Shown here piece after piece: positions 18,413 through 27,376 of a stretch of 32,000 nucleotides of DNA; the stretch's first letter is position 1; every line of letters starts with the position of its first letter. This stretch comes from Aliivibrio fischeri ES114 (GTDB lineage Bacteria; Pseudomonadota; Gammaproteobacteria; Enterobacterales; Vibrionaceae). The stretch lies in the NCBI RefSeq assembly GCF_000011805.1, contig NC_006840.2; one strand, 5' to 3'. The notes below the pieces were generated by a model. The model ran no database searches, was not told the origin of the DNA, and saw only the letters and a program-made list of their open reading frames with translations. A program made the translations under genes and the position numbers.

Positions 18413-18892
18413 TTGACTAATAACGACATTCTACGACGCATTCGCTACACATTCGATTTCAACGATTCAAAAATGATTGCATTGTTTGCTGCAGCTGATC
18501 TGAAAGTAACTCGTGAAGAAGTATGTAACTGGCTGAAAGCTGATGACGATAAAGATTACAAAAGCTGTCAAGATGTACAATTAGCAACGTTCTTAAATGG
18601 TTTAATTAACGATAAACGTGGTAAGCGTGAAGGCGAACAACCAAAGCCTGAAGAAAAGTTAACAAACAATATTATTCTGAAGAAACTACAAATTGCTTTG
18701 AACCTTAAAGCTGATGAGGTTTTAGATCTTCTAAAATTAGTTAACTTTCGTTTAAGTAAGCATGAGTTAAGTGCTTTCTTCCGTAAACCAGATCATAAAC
18801 ATTACCGTGTGTGTAAAGATCAAGTATTACGTAACTTCTTACAAGCTGTACAACAAAACTTACGTGGCGAATCAACAGAAGAAGCTAAGTAA
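18413..18892 (+). CDS. yehS: YehS family protein (DUF1456)
   Basis: TNNDILRRIRYTFDF...FLNGLINDKRGK...NNIILKKLQIALNLK...PDHKHYRVCKDQVLRNFL parallels E. coli YehS (LSNDILRSVRYIL...FLNGLIYEKRGK...NNIVLKKLRIAFSLK...PDHKNFRECGDQFLRYFL). TTG start with AGGA 6 nt upstream. Confidence 0.85.
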   Translation: MTNNDILRRIRYTFDFNDSKMIALFAAADLKVTREEVCNWLKADDDKDYKSCQDVQLATFLNGLINDKRGKREGEQPKPEEKLTNNIILKKLQIALNLKADEVLDLLKLVNFRLSKHELSAFFRKPDHKHYRVCKDQVLRNFLQAVQQNLRGESTEEAK

Positions 18893-18925
18893 TTCGTATA
18901 AGCTCTCTATTTAATAGAGAATGAA

Positions 18926-18958
18926 TAAAAAAACCACTGAATAATCAGTGGTTTTTTT
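18926..18958. terminator. Bidirectional rho-independent terminator (yehS / OM barrel gene)
   Basis: ACCACTGA (18933-18940) pairs with TCAGTGGT (18945-18952), flanked by an A6 run and a T6 run. Confidence 0.9.
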
Positions 18959-18964
18959 GTAGAG

Positions 18965-19477
18965 TTAAAAGCTCCATTGCATACTCATCACGATAATTCC
19001 GGGTAAGATGAACCCAGCTTCAACGCCAAAATAGTCTGTTAAATTATATTGAGCGGCGTGATATATGTAAGGGGCAAATCCAACACCAAATTTTTCTTTG
19101 GATGTTTTATAAATACCGCCATCGCCACAATCATCGAATGCATCAAAGAAAAACTCACCGGCATAAGAATAAATCCCTTTGATCACGACTTTATCGTTAA
19201 CTTGATACCAATCTTTACGTACACCAATAAGCATACAGCGGTTAGCTTGGCTATTTAAAAAAGTACCAACCATTAAACTGTAATCAGATTCTTCGCTAAA
19301 TTTACGTTCGATAGAAAAATACTGATTTCCAAAGTACTGGTGTGAATCAGGATCGTATGGCACTAAATGATACAAGAAAGAACCGGTATTCATTGAGTAA
19401 AGTGATAGAGATTCTGCGCTTGTTCTGAAAGGAATAAGAGAAAGTAACAGAATAAATGTAAATAAATGAGGGTTCAT
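18965..19477 (-). CDS. Small outer-membrane beta-barrel protein, possibly PagP-like (lipid A acyltransferase family), function uncertain
   Basis: 170 aa with signal peptide MNPHLFTFILLLSLIPFRTSA, alternating aromatic/hydrophobic strands and a C-terminal MQWSF (OMP-type terminal Phe; PagP has MRFQF). LYH...YDPDS...FLNSQAN loosely parallels PagP ITWH...YDKEK...FKDSWNK. No Shine-Dalgarno sequence seen. Confidence 0.55.
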   Translation of the reverse strand: MNPHLFTFILLLSLIPFRTSAESLSLYSMNTGSFLYHLVPYDPDSHQYFGNQYFSIERKFSEESDYSLMVGTFLNSQANRCMLIGVRKDWYQVNDKVVIKGIYSYAGEFFFDAFDDCGDGGIYKTSKEKFGVGFAPYIYHAAQYNLTDYFGVEAGFILPGIIVMSMQWSF

Positions 19478-19530
19478 AAATATAAAATGTTAAATAAAAA
19501 GGCGATTCATTATAATTGCTTTGTTCATAA

Positions 19531-19560
19531 ATAAAAAGGGAGAGCCGTGATTGCTCTCCC
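19531..19560 (-). terminator. Rho-independent terminator after the DAACS symporter gene
   Basis: The minus strand reads GGGAGAGC-aatcacg-GCTCTCCC followed by TTTTTATTT (stem arms 19538-19545 / 19553-19560). Confidence 0.85.
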
Positions 19561-19590
19561 ATTATCGTTACTTAAGTGACTAAATTATAA

Positions 19591-20874
19591 TTAATTTCTC
19601 ATTGTTTGAGCGAATGTCGCCCCATCTTCAACTTCTGTTTCTGCGATTTCGCCTTCTGATTTTGCAACAATGGTATTTACTGCGGTATCACCAACCACAT
19701 TTGATGAAGTACAGAACATATCGTTAATACGGTCAACGGCAGCAACAATTGCTAATCCTTCTGGTGGAAGTCCTAATTGGTGCAAGATAACACCAACCAT
19801 AACAACGCCACCGCCAGGAACACCACCAGCACCAATAGAAAGTAATAGGATGGTAAAGCCAAGAGTGAATAAGTCAGCTGAATTAATCGGTTGTCCAAAT
19901 GCATTTGCTACAAAGATAGCAGCAAGTGCGATATAGATTGATACGCCAGACATGTTCATTGTTGCACCTAAAGGAACCCCAAAGCCTGCGACTGATTTAG
20001 ATACGTTCAGTTTCTCTGTAAGAGTACGCATCGTTACAGGGATAGTTGCATTTGAACTTGCTGTTGATAGTGAAAATAGAATTTGTTCACGAACTGCACG
20101 TAAAAATGTTTTTGGAGAAATTCCTGTAGTTAGACCTACCATTATTGGGTAGAAAACAAAAATCCAGAATACAAGCATAGCGATAACAAGAGCAACATAG
20201 CCAGCCACTGACATTAGTGTATTTGCATCTAAAGTAGCGCCTAATTGAATCATAAGCGCAAAAACACCATAAGGGGCAAGACTCATTACTAAGCTAATTA
20301 GCTTCATCATGATTTCATTCGCAACTTTAAAGGTCTTAATTGCAGGGCCGCCACGGTGGTCAAGTGCCTGAATAGCTAGGCCAGTTAGAATTGCCATAAA
20401 GATGATTTGCAGCATATCGCCACTTGCAAACGCTTGAATAGGGTTGCTTGGTACAATATTCGTTATTAGAGAAAAGATATCAGGTGTTTCTGTTGCTTTT
20501 AATTCAACCGTACCTGCAGCAATCGTTCCTGCTAAATTTGCGTCAGCGCCTGGCGCAAATATCATACCTACTGTTAATGCAGCAGCAATCGCAATGATGG
20601 TGTTAATAAGGTAAAGAGCAAAAGTTTTACCACCAAGGCGACCAAAAGAGGCAATGTCTTTTAATTCAACGATGCCACAAACTATCGAAACATAAACAAG
20701 AGGAACAACAAGAAGTTTAATTAGAGAGACAAACATCCCACCAACGCCTTCGGCAGCTCCTAATATAACTGAATCAAAAAAAGCAATGCCATTAAACATA
20801 TATTGAATAGCAGTACCTATTAATAGGCCTGCGAATAAACCTATAAAAATTTTACTGGAAAGTGACTTTTTCAT
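19591..20874 (-). CDS. Dicarboxylate/amino acid:cation symporter (DAACS/SDF family, GltP-like)
   Basis: 427-aa polytopic protein with family motifs TASSNATIPVT (HP1 SSxA.P), GATMNMSGVSIY (NMDG-like) and AVDRINDMFCTSSNVVGD (DRxxxxxxxxNVxGD). RBS AAGGA. Confidence 0.9.
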   Translation of the reverse strand: MKKSLSSKIFIGLFAGLLIGTAIQYMFNGIAFFDSVILGAAEGVGGMFVSLIKLLVVPLVYVSIVCGIVELKDIASFGRLGGKTFALYLINTIIAIAAALTVGMIFAPGADANLAGTIAAGTVELKATETPDIFSLITNIVPSNPIQAFASGDMLQIIFMAILTGLAIQALDHRGGPAIKTFKVANEIMMKLISLVMSLAPYGVFALMIQLGATLDANTLMSVAGYVALVIAMLVFWIFVFYPIMVGLTTGISPKTFLRAVREQILFSLSTASSNATIPVTMRTLTEKLNVSKSVAGFGVPLGATMNMSGVSIYIALAAIFVANAFGQPINSADLFTLGFTILLLSIGAGGVPGGGVVMVGVILHQLGLPPEGLAIVAAVDRINDMFCTSSNVVGDTAVNTIVAKSEGEIAETEVEDGATFAQTMRN

Positions 20875-21303
20875 AATTTTCCTTTACTCCGGATATTGTG
20901 TTCACTAATACGTGATTTCTATAACGTTTCTCTATTGATTGAGAATTCAACGGGATGTTTACATATTGTTAATATATTTAAAAGAAAAAAATAACGTCTG
21001 ATTTTTAAGAGAGAGAAGTTTAGTTTTGTATGCTTATTGAGCAAATAAACAATAAGAAATAAGAAAACCAATTACTTATAAGAAGTGTTTTGATATAGCT
21101 TTACGTTATAAAAGGACTTTTGAATGGTAAAATTAACTCTCATTTATGTGTTGTATGTCACGTAAATGTGACATCTTGCTGCGAGTGAATTCAAGATTTA
21201 AAGGAAACTGTGATGTGTGCCATATCAATTAATCACAATGATCTTGATATAAAAGCAATAACGTATACCATTCCTGTCAATTTTATTAATAACGAGTTGA
21301 CCC

Positions 21304-22713
21304 ATGTATTTACGAAAATCGCTAGTCGCTGCAGCCGTTGCAGCAAGCTCATTATTTTCTTTTTCTGCTGTTTCTGCACAACAAGCAGACTTAATGATCA
21401 CTGACGCAACAGTACTGACAATGAACGCTGCAAAAGACGTTTATGAAAATGGTGTTGTTGTGATTAAAGGCAATAAAATTTTAGCGGTAGGTACAGAGGA
21501 ACTTGCTAAAAAATATTCAGCGAAAACCACATTAGATGTGGATGGCGATATTGTACTGCCAGGCTTAATTAATACCCATACGCATGCTTCAATGACGGTT
21601 TTCCGATCATTAGGTGATGACGTTCCTGACCGTTTACACCGTTATATATTCCCTCTAGAAAAGAAATTAGTGTCACGTGATATGGTCCGTATTGGTGCTA
21701 ATTTGGGTAACGTTGAAATGGTAAAAGGTGGGGTGACCACTTATGCTGATATGTACTATTTTGAAGATGAAGTTGCAAAAACAGTCGATAAGATTGGTAT
21801 GCGTGCAATTTTAGGTGAGAGTGTTATTAAGTTCCCTGTTGCTGATGCAGCAAATGCCGACGAGGGCATTCAATACGCCCTAAATTTTATCGAGGAATAT
21901 AAAGATCACCCTCGTATTACACCAGCGTTTGCTCCTCATGCTCCTTATACAAATACTACTGAAACACTGCAAAAAATTGCCAAGTTATCATTAGAGTTAG
22001 ATGTTCCTGTTATGATTCATTTGGCAGAATCTCATCGTGAAGAGGAGGTGATTGCCGAACGTTCTAATGGGATGTCTCCAGTCGAATATATGCACAGTAT
22101 TGGAGCGCTTAATAAGAACCTGATTGGCGCTCATATGATCTTAATTGATGACAAAGATATTGAGTTAGTAAAAGAAGCGGATATGGGTGTTGCTCACAAT
22201 ATGAGTGCAAACATTAAGTCTGCGAAAGGGGTATCACCAGCTCTGAAAATGTACGACGAGGACGTGCGTATTGGTTTAGGTACAGACGGTCCAATGTCAG
22301 GTAATACACTAAGCATTATTGATGAGTTTAACCAAGTAGCGAAAGTTCATAAACTGGTGAATAAAGATCGTGCAGCAATGCCACCGTTAAAAGTCATTGA
22401 TATGGCGACAATGGGTGCAGCAAAAGCATTACATATGGAAGATAAGATAGGCTCGCTAGAAGTTGGGAAATTAGCAGATATCATTGTGGTAGATACCAAA
22501 GCACCAAATATGTTACCAGTTTACAACCCATATTCAGCGTTAGTTTACTCTGCTAACTCAGGGAATGTTCGCCATACAATTGTGGATGGTGAAATTCTGA
22601 TGAAAGATCGTGAACTATTAACGGTTAATGAAGATGAAATCCGTAAAGAACTGATTGAATTTACAAAGGTTGTTCGTAAAACTGTTATCGATAGCGGTGA
22701 AGTTGTTCAATAA
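21304..22713 (+). CDS. Exported metal-dependent amidohydrolase (ATZ/TRZ / MtaD-like subgroup), substrate unknown
   Basis: 469 aa with predicted signal peptide MYLRKSLVAAAVAASSLFSFSAVSA. Has the HxH metal site in PGLINTHTHASM, then MIHLAESH, GTDGP and the distal VVDTK...D pattern typical of the amidohydrolase superfamily. Confidence 0.82.
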   Translation: MYLRKSLVAAAVAASSLFSFSAVSAQQADLMITDATVLTMNAAKDVYENGVVVIKGNKILAVGTEELAKKYSAKTTLDVDGDIVLPGLINTHTHASMTVFRSLGDDVPDRLHRYIFPLEKKLVSRDMVRIGANLGNVEMVKGGVTTYADMYYFEDEVAKTVDKIGMRAILGESVIKFPVADAANADEGIQYALNFIEEYKDHPRITPAFAPHAPYTNTTETLQKIAKLSLELDVPVMIHLAESHREEEVIAERSNGMSPVEYMHSIGALNKNLIGAHMILIDDKDIELVKEADMGVAHNMSANIKSAKGVSPALKMYDEDVRIGLGTDGPMSGNTLSIIDEFNQVAKVHKLVNKDRAAMPPLKVIDMATMGAAKALHMEDKIGSLEVGKLADIIVVDTKAPNMLPVYNPYSALVYSANSGNVRHTIVDGEILMKDRELLTVNEDEIRKELIEFTKVVRKTVIDSGEVVQ

Positions 22714-22737
22714 TCTTTAATAAGAAAACGTTTGTTT

Positions 22738-22767
22738 AAAGCCAGTTGTTATTCAACTGGCTTTTTT
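22738..22767 (+). terminator. Rho-independent terminator after amidohydrolase gene
   Basis: GCCAGTTG (22741-22748) pairs with CAACTGGC (22754-22761), followed by a T6 run. Confidence 0.88.
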
Positions 22768-22825
22768 GCTATTTGCGTAATGAAGTCTAAGATCAATATA
22801 TACCAATCATGTAATAGGTGCTGAT

Positions 22826-24373
22826 ATGGGACGATTGATAATTATTCTTTTTGTACTTTTTTCCTCTTTATGCAAGCCTATTCATGCCGCTTTGATTGAT
22901 ACCTACATAGAGTATTATCAAGAACAACTTTTTTATCCTGAAATAACTCAACGCCTTTATAACGATGATACTTTAAAGTGGAAGTCTCCCTTAGCAAGAA
23001 AATACCTTGAGAATCAACTCGCACTTTTGGCATTAGCCCAATTAAATGACTCTGTCACTGCTCGTTACTATCAATTACAAGGAATGGATGGTGTTGAGTA
23101 CGATATTTTAGCAACCGATACATTAATTTATCTCAGAACCTATCAATCTAGTGTTTCAGCAAAAGGGAAGAAATGGTTTTTTGGTGGGCGAATAGAAGCA
23201 TCATTACCTAAACCACAACCTGAAACAATCAAAGGAATAACAAAAGCAATTGAAGAACGTGATTTAGTGAGTTTTACTCATGCTTTGCGACCTAGCTCTG
23301 ATCAATATGAGGAGCTCTATCAGCGTCTATTTCATTATTATCAACCCTATGAAGACAGTGAAAGTGTATTCATTAAAGAGCGCTTGATCAGACCAAACCA
23401 ACTCACTGATGTGAACGCCATTATTTATCGTTTACAAGTTTCTGGTGAAATTAATCATCAAGAAGCAGACATGTTATTAAGGCAAAGTAATGATCATTAT
23501 GATTCATCCTTGGTTTTAATCATTAAAGAGTTTCAGAAAAGGCATGGTTTAAAACAAGATGGGATAATCGGCCCTAAAACCTTACATTGGCTCAATATGA
23601 CAGCGAAAGAGCGTGTACGTATCATGGCATTAAATATTCAGCGTTTGCGCTTATGGGAGAATAAGAACTCGAATTTCGTATTAGTGAATATTCCGTCCTA
23701 CGAGATGGCTTATTGGCAAGAAGGAGAGTTGGTGTTTACGAGTAAAGTCATTGTTGGTAAACCTGAAAGGCGAACACCTATTTTCACTACTAGGTTAAAT
23801 GCAATTGTGTTTAATCCTGAATGGAAAGTACCAACAAAAATAATGCGAGAAGATATTTTACCAAAGGCATTAAATAATAAAGATTTTTTACAATCACAAA
23901 ATTTCGAGATTATTCCTACATGGCTAAGTAAAGAGGTTATCTCTATTGATGATATTGATTGGGAGCAGGTGAATGTAGAGACTTTTCCTTATAAGTTAAA
24001 GCAGAAATCAGGTAACACCAATGCACTGGGACGATATAAATTTAATACACCTAATCGAAATGCCATTTATCTGCATGATACGCCATCTCGTTCACTATTT
24101 AGTAAGCAGCATAGAGCATACAGTTCAGGATGCATTCGGGTTGAAAAGGCCTCGGAGTTTGCCCAATTGCTTATGAAGGAATCTCACTTCTCAACTCAAG
24201 ATTATAAGGATTATCATGAGTTACCAGAGACAAGCAAAGTTTCGTTGGATCAGCAGATATCCGTTTATACCATATATCAAACTTCCTGGGTTGGAGAAGA
24301 TAACCAAGTGCAGTTTAGAATGATATATACAAATACGATGAATGGAGTAAAAGTCGAAATTGATAAAAATTAG
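22826..24373 (+). CDS. ldtD: L,D-transpeptidase, YcbB/LdtD family (PG-binding + YkuD domains); 3' end possibly frameshifted
   Basis: Signal peptide MGRLIIILFVLFSSLCKPIHA, PG_binding_1 motif FQKRHGLKQDGIIGPKTLHWLN, and YkuD active site YLHDTPSRSLFSKQHRAYSSGCIRVE. Followed by mepK as ycbB-ycbK is in E. coli. See the finding on the last ~18 codons. Confidence 0.85.
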   Translation: MGRLIIILFVLFSSLCKPIHAALIDTYIEYYQEQLFYPEITQRLYNDDTLKWKSPLARKYLENQLALLALAQLNDSVTARYYQLQGMDGVEYDILATDTLIYLRTYQSSVSAKGKKWFFGGRIEASLPKPQPETIKGITKAIEERDLVSFTHALRPSSDQYEELYQRLFHYYQPYEDSESVFIKERLIRPNQLTDVNAIIYRLQVSGEINHQEADMLLRQSNDHYDSSLVLIIKEFQKRHGLKQDGIIGPKTLHWLNMTAKERVRIMALNIQRLRLWENKNSNFVLVNIPSYEMAYWQEGELVFTSKVIVGKPERRTPIFTTRLNAIVFNPEWKVPTKIMREDILPKALNNKDFLQSQNFEIIPTWLSKEVISIDDIDWEQVNVETFPYKLKQKSGNTNALGRYKFNTPNRNAIYLHDTPSRSLFSKQHRAYSSGCIRVEKASEFAQLLMKESHFSTQDYKDYHELPETSKVSLDQQISVYTIYQTSWVGEDNQVQFRMIYTNTMNGVKVEIDKN

Positions 24374-24537
24374 CTGTTTGAATAGTGATAAAAAATCATT
24401 TACTGTTCAATAAGTAAGCTAAATTGGGCTCATAAGGCAGATAAAATTAACTGTTTATTATTTGACCAATTGATAATTGGTGTGTATCTTTGCGCTCAGT
24501 TACTGATTGATCTATTTATAAGTGAGTCCTTTACTGC

Positions 24538-25089
24538 ATGTCTGAATTTAGTCCATTACGCCGTAAGATCCTTCTTGGTGGCGCAGCTACTGCTGGTTTA
24601 AGTTTATTTCCTTCATTCTCTTTTGCTTCACAATTTGCAGAGACGCCTCGTAAGTTAGCTTTGAGCAATTTACACACAGGTGAAGAATTAAAAACAGAAT
24701 ATTTCAATGGACGACAATATCAAAGTGCGGAACTTCATAAGTTAAATCATTTATGCCGAGATTTCCGTCGTAACGAAAGTATTGAGATGGATAAACGTCT
24801 ATTTGATCAGTTATCAGCGATTCAAAATGTGATTGGTTGTGATACACAAGTTCAAATTATTTCAGGATATCGCTCACCAGCTACAAATGAAATGTTACGT
24901 GGGAAGTCTCACGGTGGTGTAGCGAAAAAAAGCTTACATATGCTTGGTAAAGCAATGGATTTTCGTTTAGAAGGTGTACCATTAGCTGAAGTAAGAAAAG
25001 CGGCATTATCATTAAAAGCGGGTGGAGTAGGTTATTACCCGGGTAGCAACTTTGTTCATATCGATACGGGTAGAGTACGTTTTTGGTAA
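24538..25089 (+). CDS. mepK: Murein endopeptidase MepK (YcbK, DUF882/peptidase M15-like), Tat-type signal
   Basis: LRRKILLGGAATAGL...LSNLHTGEELKTEYFNG...KLNHLCRDFR...ISGYRSPATNE...KKSLHMLGKAMDF...AGGVGYYPGSNFVHIDTG is collinear with E. coli YcbK. 183 aa. Confidence 0.9.
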   Translation: MSEFSPLRRKILLGGAATAGLSLFPSFSFASQFAETPRKLALSNLHTGEELKTEYFNGRQYQSAELHKLNHLCRDFRRNESIEMDKRLFDQLSAIQNVIGCDTQVQIISGYRSPATNEMLRGKSHGGVAKKSLHMLGKAMDFRLEGVPLAEVRKAALSLKAGGVGYYPGSNFVHIDTGRVRFW

Positions 25090-25102
25090 TGAATACTTAT
25101 TG

Positions 25103-25134
25103 AAAAAATGGCGACCAATGTGGTCGCCATTTTT
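25103..25134. terminator. Bidirectional rho-independent terminator (mepK / asnS)
   Basis: ATGGCGACCA (25108-25117) pairs with TGGTCGCCAT (25121-25130), flanked by an A-run and a T-run. Confidence 0.9.
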
Positions 25135-25181
25135 GTATTCATTACTTGCTAATTAGGTTATCTCAATAAAGATAATACGAA

Positions 25182-26582
25182 TTAGAAGTTAGCTGAACGT
25201 GGAGTACGTGGGAACGGGATAACGTCACGAACGTTGCCCATACCAGTTACGTAAGATACTAGACGCTCAAAGCCAAGACCGAAACCAGCATGAGGAACTG
25301 TGCCGTAACGACGTAAATCGCGGTACCAGCTCATGTGCTCAGGGTCGATACCCATTTCAATCATACGTGCATCAAGAATGTCTAAACGCTCTTCACGTTG
25401 AGAACCACCAATGATCTCACCAATGCCAGGTGCAAGAACATCCATTGCAGCAACTGTTTTACCATCGTCATTTTGACGCATGTAGAATGCTTTGATGTCT
25501 TTCGGGTAGTTTTTAACGATAACTGGTGCTTTGAAGTGTTCTTCAGCAAGGTAACGCTCATGTTCAGAAGACATATCGATGCCCCACTCAACATCAAACT
25601 CAAAGTCACGACCAGAATCTTTAAGGATTTGGATAGCGTCAGTGTAGTCTACTTGTGCGAAATCAGAGCTTACGAATTGCTCTAGACGAGTGATTGCTTG
25701 TTTGTCGATGCGAGAAGCAAAGAACTCAAGGTCATCACGACGCTCAGCAAGAACGGCTTCGAATACATACTTAAGCATGTCTTCAGCTAGCTTAGCTACG
25801 TCATCAAGAGTAGCGAAAGCAACTTCAGGCTCAACCATCCAGAATTCAGCTAGGTGGCGACTTGTGTGTGAGTTTTCAGCACGGAAAGTAGGACCGAATG
25901 TGTAAACTTTGCTTAGTGCACAAGCGTAAGTTTCCGCATTAAGTTGACCAGATACGGTTAGGAATGTTTCTTTACCAAAGAAATCTTTGTCGTAATCAAC
26001 ATTGCCTTTGTCATCTAAAGGAAGGTTCGCATGGTCTAAAGTAGAAACACGGAACATTTCACCAGCACCTTCTGCATCAGATGCAGTGATAAGTGGAGCA
26101 GACATCCAGAAGTAGCCTTGCTCGTGGTAGAAACGGTGAATCGCTTGAGATAGACAGTTACGAACACGTGCAACCGCACCGATCACGTTAGTACGTGGGC
26201 GAAGGTGTGCAACTTCACGTAAATATTCAATTGAGTGACGAGTCTTAGCCATTGGGTAAGTTTCTGCGTCTTCAACCCAACCTACAACTTTAACTTCAGT
26301 TGCAGCAAGCTCAAAATCTTGACCTTTAGCAGGAGAAGCAACGATAGTACCAGTCACTTCAACAGAACAACCTGTTGTTAGTTTAAGCACTTCGTCGTTG
26401 TAATTATTTAAGTCATTAGGAACCACGGCCTGAATCGGGTCGAAACAAGAACCGTCATAAACAGCTAGGAAAGAAATACCAGCTTTAGAATCGCGACGCG
26501 AACGGATCCAACCGCGAACAGTTACTTCACTGTCAACCGCTAGTTTACCGCTTAATACGTCTGTTACAGGCGCGTAAGTCAT
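25182..26582 (-). CDS. asnS: Asparagine--tRNA ligase
   Basis: Near-identity to E. coli AsnS along the whole length ([34 protein letters not shown]...[28 protein letters not shown]). I prefer the start at ATG 26582 ([10 protein letters not shown], 466 aa, same as E. coli) with GGAG upstream. The ORF-track start at 26600 adds MENVFN and cannot be excluded. Confidence 0.95.
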   Translation of the reverse strand: MTYAPVTDVLSGKLAVDSEVTVRGWIRSRRDSKAGISFLAVYDGSCFDPIQAVVPNDLNNYNDEVLKLTTGCSVEVTGTIVASPAKGQDFELAATEVKVVGWVEDAETYPMAKTRHSIEYLREVAHLRPRTNVIGAVARVRNCLSQAIHRFYHEQGYFWMSAPLITASDAEGAGEMFRVSTLDHANLPLDDKGNVDYDKDFFGKETFLTVSGQLNAETYACALSKVYTFGPTFRAENSHTSRHLAEFWMVEPEVAFATLDDVAKLAEDMLKYVFEAVLAERRDDLEFFASRIDKQAITRLEQFVSSDFAQVDYTDAIQILKDSGRDFEFDVEWGIDMSSEHERYLAEEHFKAPVIVKNYPKDIKAFYMRQNDDGKTVAAMDVLAPGIGEIIGGSQREERLDILDARMIEMGIDPEHMSWYRDLRRYGTVPHAGFGLGFERLVSYVTGMGNVRDVIPFPRTPRSANF

Positions 26583-26848
26583 GTTAAATACATTCTCCAT
26601 TGTTGTGCCACATGCACGAATATTTTTATTTCAAGAGTGACATATTACCTTTCTTATAGCTCGCATCAAGTGTTGTTACGCTATAAAGATAAAAATTCAG
26701 GATAAGAATCAATTTTCGTTCTAAATTCGTCGAAAAAAACACCAATATGGTGAGGTTATATATACTTAAGTGTCACGAGTCTTGTTGTTTAGTAGAGAAG
26801 TAGAGTACTATCCCTGCTTCATAATATAGGTAATAGAGATTTTAACTA

Positions 26849-27211
26849 ATGACAACTGAACTATATAAAGACTTCATGTTTGAAGCAGCACACCATTTAC
26901 CACATGTACCAGAAGGTCATAAATGTGGTCGCCTTCATGGTCACTCTTTTTTAGTTCGTTTGTATGTTGAAGGTGAAGTTGATCCACATACAGGTTGGGT
27001 TGTTGATTTTGCAGAAATTAAAGCGGCATTCAAACCAACCTATGATCGTCTTGACCATTACTACCTAAACGACATTAAAGGGTTAGAAAACCCAACAAGT
27101 GAAGTATTAGCTAAGTGGATTTGGAATGAAGTAAAACCAAATTTACCACTGTTAAGCAAAATCGAAATTAAAGAAACCTGTACAGCAGGTTGTACTTACC
27201 GCGGTGAGTAA
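26849..27211 (+). CDS. queD: 6-carboxy-5,6,7,8-tetrahydropterin synthase (queuosine biosynthesis)
   Basis: [33 protein letters not shown]...[45 protein letters not shown]...[12 protein letters not shown] is almost identical to E. coli QueD. 120 aa. Confidence 0.95.
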   Translation: MTTELYKDFMFEAAHHLPHVPEGHKCGRLHGHSFLVRLYVEGEVDPHTGWVVDFAEIKAAFKPTYDRLDHYYLNDIKGLENPTSEVLAKWIWNEVKPNLPLLSKIEIKETCTAGCTYRGE

Positions 27212-27230
27212 GCTCGTATTCTGAGAAATT

Positions 27231-27262
27231 AAAAAGGCGCCTACAATTAGGCGCCTTTTTTT
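27231..27262 (+). terminator. Rho-independent terminator after queD
   Basis: AGGCGCCT (27235-27242) pairs with AGGCGCCT (27249-27256), flanked by an A5 run and a T7 run. Confidence 0.9.
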
Positions 27263-27376
27263 ATATTCACAATTAGGTCTAATAACTTCTAAATTATATA
27301 AAGGGTTATAGGTATCAAAATTAGATAATGATTAAAGTTCAGGTGAAGCATATGTCCTGAAATTAAATAAAAAAAG

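Noticed and set aside
19049-19562. ORFs 19049-19258 (+) and 19347-19562 (-) overlapping the OM barrel gene and the symporter terminator
   Set aside because: The first is antisense to the barrel CDS. The second is an out-of-frame extension that runs through the terminator hairpin at 19538-19560. Neither has start signals.
19670-20152. Plus-strand ORFs (88 and 66 aa) inside the DAACS symporter gene
   Set aside because: They are antisense to a CDS with the DAACS family motifs, and their Pro/Thr-rich translations look like reverse-frame artefacts.
21210-21404. 64-aa ORF overlapping the start of the amidohydrolase gene
   Set aside because: It lies in a different frame and overlaps the signal-peptide-encoding start of the 469-aa CDS. 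The Cys/Phe-rich tail comes from frame-shifted reading of the signal-peptide codons.
25382-25905. Three ORFs (75 aa minus; 95 and 71 aa plus) inside asnS
   Set aside because: asnS is almost identical to E. coli AsnS over its full length. The other ORFs are alternative-frame or antisense artefacts.
26583-26600. Six-codon N-terminal extension of asnS (MENVFN)
   Set aside because: The homolog starts at the equivalent of MTYAPV. The upstream ATG has no Shine-Dalgarno sequence, whereas GGAG overlapping that upstream ATG (26599-26596) could serve the downstream ATG. It is kept as an alternative only.
26601-26848. Looked for a preQ1 riboswitch upstream of queD, and for a TPP riboswitch upstream of thiK at 3755-4036
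   Set aside because: I found no preQ1-I-like core (a short stem followed by an A-rich tail ending in CUA/CUAA) and no TPP-like CUGAGA/ACCUGA elements. queD in gammaproteobacteria is not generally riboswitch-controlled.
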